This document shows, piece by piece, positions 60,026 to 64,000 of a DNA stretch of 64,000 nucleotides (position 1 is its first letter; every line of letters starts with the position of its first letter). Location: contig CT867985.1 in the NCBI GenBank assembly GCA_000165425.1, positions 558,001 to 622,000 of the forward strand, written 5' to 3'. Made by a program: the position numbers and the translations under genes. The stretch comes from Paramecium tetraurelia. Lineage: Eukaryota. The notes below the pieces were generated by a model that searched no databases, had not been told where the DNA came from, and saw only the letters and a list, made by a program, of their open reading frames with translations.

Positions 60026-60305
60026 TTTAATTTATTTATTAATTCAACTAAAGTGGTTAATGAAATATGGGTTAACATATATAAGTTTTCTAATTTTTAG
60101 TCGCAATTATATTTTATATATATATAACTTATCTTTTAGTCTTTTTGTGAAAAATAATTAATACAATAATTAATTAATTAAATAATTTATTTATTAATAA
60201 AATAATAAAAGGATAATGGCATAATAATCTATTTATTTGCAAGATAAATGAAAAGCATATTTGAGATTGAAAGCTTTTAAAATAAAATAATAAAATATCA
60301 TAGAA

Positions 60306-62513
60306 ATGAAATAAGAGACTTTGAGTAATTCAACAACTTAGACTATTGGAAGTTCCTAATAGACTTAATCACTTGATGAAATAGAAAAATATAATTGTTT
60401 TTGGAAATAAGAAATAATTTTGAGTGATTGTGAAGAGTAATTTGTTTAAATAGTATCTGATGATGAGAGGGATTGCGCTGCTATGGTAAGCTTTGGAAAA
60501 GCACTTAACATCCAACCAACAGATATTTCATAAATAACTGAGATCTTAAACTATTTGGACACCCCGTAATTAAAGATGACTTCTTTGTAGAGTCCATAAA
60601 ATGTTTTGAACTATTTCCTGCCTAATAGTTTTGTATCTACACTAACAGAGATGATCAATCATTACCTTTTAATGGTGTTACAAGAAGATGTAAAATAATA
60701 GCAATAAACTCAATAAATTTATCACAAGAAGAAATACAAAGAAGCTGAGATTTAATTTTACTTAGGTTTGCAAATTTTGTTTGGAGTGTATAGATTTCCA
60801 TCTCTGGATGATTATTGGAATGCTGAATCCTGGTTAAAAGGAGGAGTAGAAGTTACTATGCCAATAGGTAGATTCAAATTTGTAGATCTTCATATTTTTT
60901 CATACTTTGATGAATAATAAAGAGCAAAATTACAATTGGAAGTCAGCAAATTTTCAAAGAAATTAAAATCACTTTATAATCCAGATTAAGAGTTAATTAT
61001 TGTCGAATAAAATCAGAAGGCATACAAAGCATATTACATATTTGATTATGACAGTTCTTAAATTATTGATTTGCTAGTTGTTTGCAACAATGTGAAGAAT
61101 GAGGATAGAATTAACAGAGTGATGAGAATGCTTTATAAGTATTCTAATTAGAATCATGTTACTTACATATTATTTGATCTTAGTTTAGACAAGATAATTC
61201 AATTGGTGGATCAATCTATCTACCCAGTCATTCGCTATTAAAACATCAGCCATAATTTGATTCAAATGCTATAGGATGGAGAGTACGAATTGGATTAATT
61301 ATTTTTAGTTAAATAGGGAACTTAAGTGGATGTTTTCCCATAAAGACGTCTGATATCGAATAGACCTTACATGACTTCTTATGAAAAGATAAAGGAGTAA
61401 TTGCAAGAACACATAACAAATCTATAGTAATTTAGAAGTAACTTTTATTAGTCATCATAATTGAATAATACTGAAGGATTTCATCAATTGAGAGTTGAAT
61501 TTGAAGAATATTTCGAAATTATGATTCATAACACATTTTTATTGATTCAGCAGACATCTCAATCGCAATTCAGACATGATTTAGCTAAGATTCTACTTAA
61601 TGAGAAAGGATAATAGATAGAGAGAGATCGTAATGAAGCCAAACGTAAATTGAATGTCACTTACTAAGAAAACACATCAAATACAGACCAGTTGTCATTT
61701 GGATTATAAAAACAGTATGCTGATCAATTCCATACTCCTATACCTTAGAAATAAGAAGATACATTTAAATATTGTTTGGTGTGTATGAAATTTGAAGGCT
61801 TGACTAAACCATACTATAGATGTTAATTGTGTGAAAAACTCTTGAAGGTCAATAAGATATTCTTGTGTCCATTTCCTTGTTTTGAACTATTTCATAGGAA
61901 TCCAAGTGATTTCATGGTTTGTGATATGAAAATGTTAGAGCCACTAGGAGAAGGTGCGTATTTCAAAAATGAATCAACTATGTAATTGGTTAGTAATGGA
62001 TAAGAAGAAGATGCGAGTGGAAAGAAAAGAAAATATAATAAACCTCCACCTAGAACATTTTGGTCATTCAATAAAGAGATCTACAAACAAGCAAATATCA
62101 ATGATGATCAGAACTTGAATGACATCTTAAATACTTTCAAAAAACCTCAGGTCCCTGCTCCTTCACCAAATTTGCTATAGCCTATTGTTCCTTAAGAATA
62201 ATAAGTATAGACGTCGACTTTGGGACACAAAAAGGATATGAAAGATATTGATCATCTCTTAAATTAGGAAAGAGAGCAGAAGGATAAATTAATAAAGGAA
62301 ATGTAGGAGAGGGATAAACAATTATAAGAATAATACTTCCAATAATAATACGAGAAACAATTGTAAAAGGAATAGGAATCGAAGAAGGGCAAGAAGGCTC
62401 AGAAAGAGAGTGAAAAGAAGAAATAATTAGAGGAACAACTTAAGAATGTCAGTCCTCTTGAGAAATTCATGGAACAAATAAATAAAAGAGCTAAGGTTGA
62501 GGATGTTGAATGA
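60306..62513 (+). CDS. PGML: Domesticated piggyBac-family transposase, catalytically inactive (PiggyMac-like, PGML type), 735 aa, intronless
   Basis: DDE_Tnp_1_7-type blocks SPQNVLNYFLPNSFVSTLTEMINHY, EIQFYLGLQILFGVYRFPSLDDYW, MPIGRF, YNPDQELIIVE, IMIHNTFLL and QSQFRHDLAKILL. Cys-rich domain H..CLVC..CQLC..LCPFPCFELFH, then a coiled-coil tail. No terminal inverted repeats seen. Confidence 0.85.
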
Positions 62514-62602
62514 TGGAATAAATTTATTGGCAAATCATTATATATATATAGAATTAGTATTAGTATTATTTAAGAAATACTGAATTTTTGCATATAATAT
62601 TA

Positions 62603-64000
62603 TCATCTATTGTAGAATAGACCTCCATAATTTCTAGAATATCCATTAGTAGTGCTTTTACTATGATAATCATTCAAAACATAATTGCTTTTTTTAAATC
62701 CCTATTAAACTGCTACTGTAGGATCATATTATTTCAATAAGCCTAAATCCTTCAATTTATAGACATTTTATTCAAGTAATTTATTGTTGATTATCAAGCT
62801 TGCATCTTCTAGGATTGAATCCAAAATATCTCCTTATTTCCTGCCTAAATAACTTCTGCTAGATTGATTCTCAACAAGTAAGGTGTCTTTCAGCTTCTAG
62901 ATTGCAGGATTTGAGTTGGCCATAGAACAGGATCTCCGATTATTGAGTTATAAATAAGGCAGTTTCTCTTAGGAAGATTGCATTAAATTAATTATTCAAA
63001 ATCATTTCACCTAAACCGGTTTAAAATACAACGCAGTTGCCCTTTTCTTTTTCCTATGATGACTGACATCTTTCTGGGGACTTACAAGCTGGCTACCTCT
63101 AAGAATGGTTTAGCGATATTTTCTTATATTTTCAATTATAATTACTTAATGAATTCATATGGAAAAGTAAGAAAGAGACTGAGTTACTTCCATTATTCAA
63201 AGAATTTCAAGTTTATTTTTGTACTTTTAAACAGCCAAGCAGAATTAAAATCAGGATGATAATTTTTGTAATTCTTAATACAATCTATTTCTAAATTAAT
63301 TCTCTAGTTCAGTTTTAATTTTAAGTCTTCTAACAATATTTTATCACTTTCTCTTAAACATTCTTCATCAAATTCTCTTGGATTATGTAATTCTAATATT
63401 TAGACAGTCTAGTTTGTAGGGTGTAATTTTTATCGTATTTACTTAATATTTAAGGCTTGTTTGTTGGGAAATTATCTCCTTGTGATATTTTACATTTTTT
63501 AAAAGTAGTTTGAATGAGAAGCTTTCCAAGATTCTTTTAATTCAAATTCAGAAGAATCTGATGATTCTATTGTTGGGATAGTTAATTAAATCTTATCTGC
63601 ATTATCATTTTATTTAAGTTCCTTAAAAATAGCTCGTCTTTTCCTTTCAAATATCCTTTTATAGGGCCTTCTAGTTTGTAATTAAGGGTACTGATGTTTT
63701 TTGATGACTGAATCTGTGTCTGGATTAAATGTCAGCAAAGGACACTGCTGAATAGTATGTTAAAGGCTTTTGCATGAATAACAATCCATACCAAAATATG
63801 ATTTGTCAAAGATGAGTTGTTCTTTCAATTAGCAATATTATTCATGATCTTCAGGATATTGTTAAAGGACTTTCATGAAGTCTTTTTTTGTGATGAAGAC
63901 CAATTTGCTAAAAGCAACAGAAGTGTATCTTAAAGATGGGATATCATCAAACATAAATTCTCTTAATCCAAAATTATCTCCAGTTTAGAGGGTTGCTAAT
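62603..64000 (-). CDS. 3' part of a cyclic-nucleotide-binding-domain cation (K+) channel-like gene; 5' end outside the window
   Basis: LQTGDNFGLREFM..LVFITKKDFMKVLQQYPEDHEQYC (end of CNBD) followed by the CCHC knuckle CYSCKSLQHTIQQCP, typical of ciliate EAG/CNBD channels; TGA at 62603-62605. Pore region not in window. Confidence 0.72.

Noticed and set aside
60026..62602. Active piggyBac transposon
   Set aside because: No terminal inverted repeats found, catalytic Asps are missing, and TTAA is too frequent in this AT-rich DNA to count as a target-site duplication.

Overview
AT-rich, extremely gene-dense eukaryotic DNA from a ciliate macronuclear genome, most likely Paramecium. TAA/TAG read as Gln (genetic code 6), TGA is the only stop, introns are 20-30 nt GT..AG, and many intergenic spacers are under 50 bp. 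The supplied ORF track uses standard stop codons, so it fragments or misses nearly every gene; I re-translated by hand, and some exon boundaries are approximate. About 28 genes or remnants are present. Recognisable housekeeping genes: mevalonate kinase, RPS23, a SNF1-like kinase, CKS1, MOCS3/UBA4, SDHA, PP2A B'', CLU1 and DDX46/PRP5. Family-level calls: a Cys-rich surface protein, a MORN protein, a PAS/multi-TM protein, a RasGAP+VPS9 protein, a P-type-ATPase/guanylyl-cyclase fusion and the 3' end of a CNBD channel. There is also a tyrosine aminotransferase pseudogene. Highlights: (1) an intronless, catalytically dead, domesticated piggyBac transposase (PiggyMac-like, tied to programmed DNA elimination) just downstream of a CABIN1/Hir3-like gene; (2) a degenerate pseudo-histidine kinase next to the PAS protein; (3) two convergent genes whose stop codons abut (TGA|TCA); (4) divergent ATGs 27-28 bp apart; (5) clustered +1 insertions in SDHA and CLU1, which are either decay or assembly errors.
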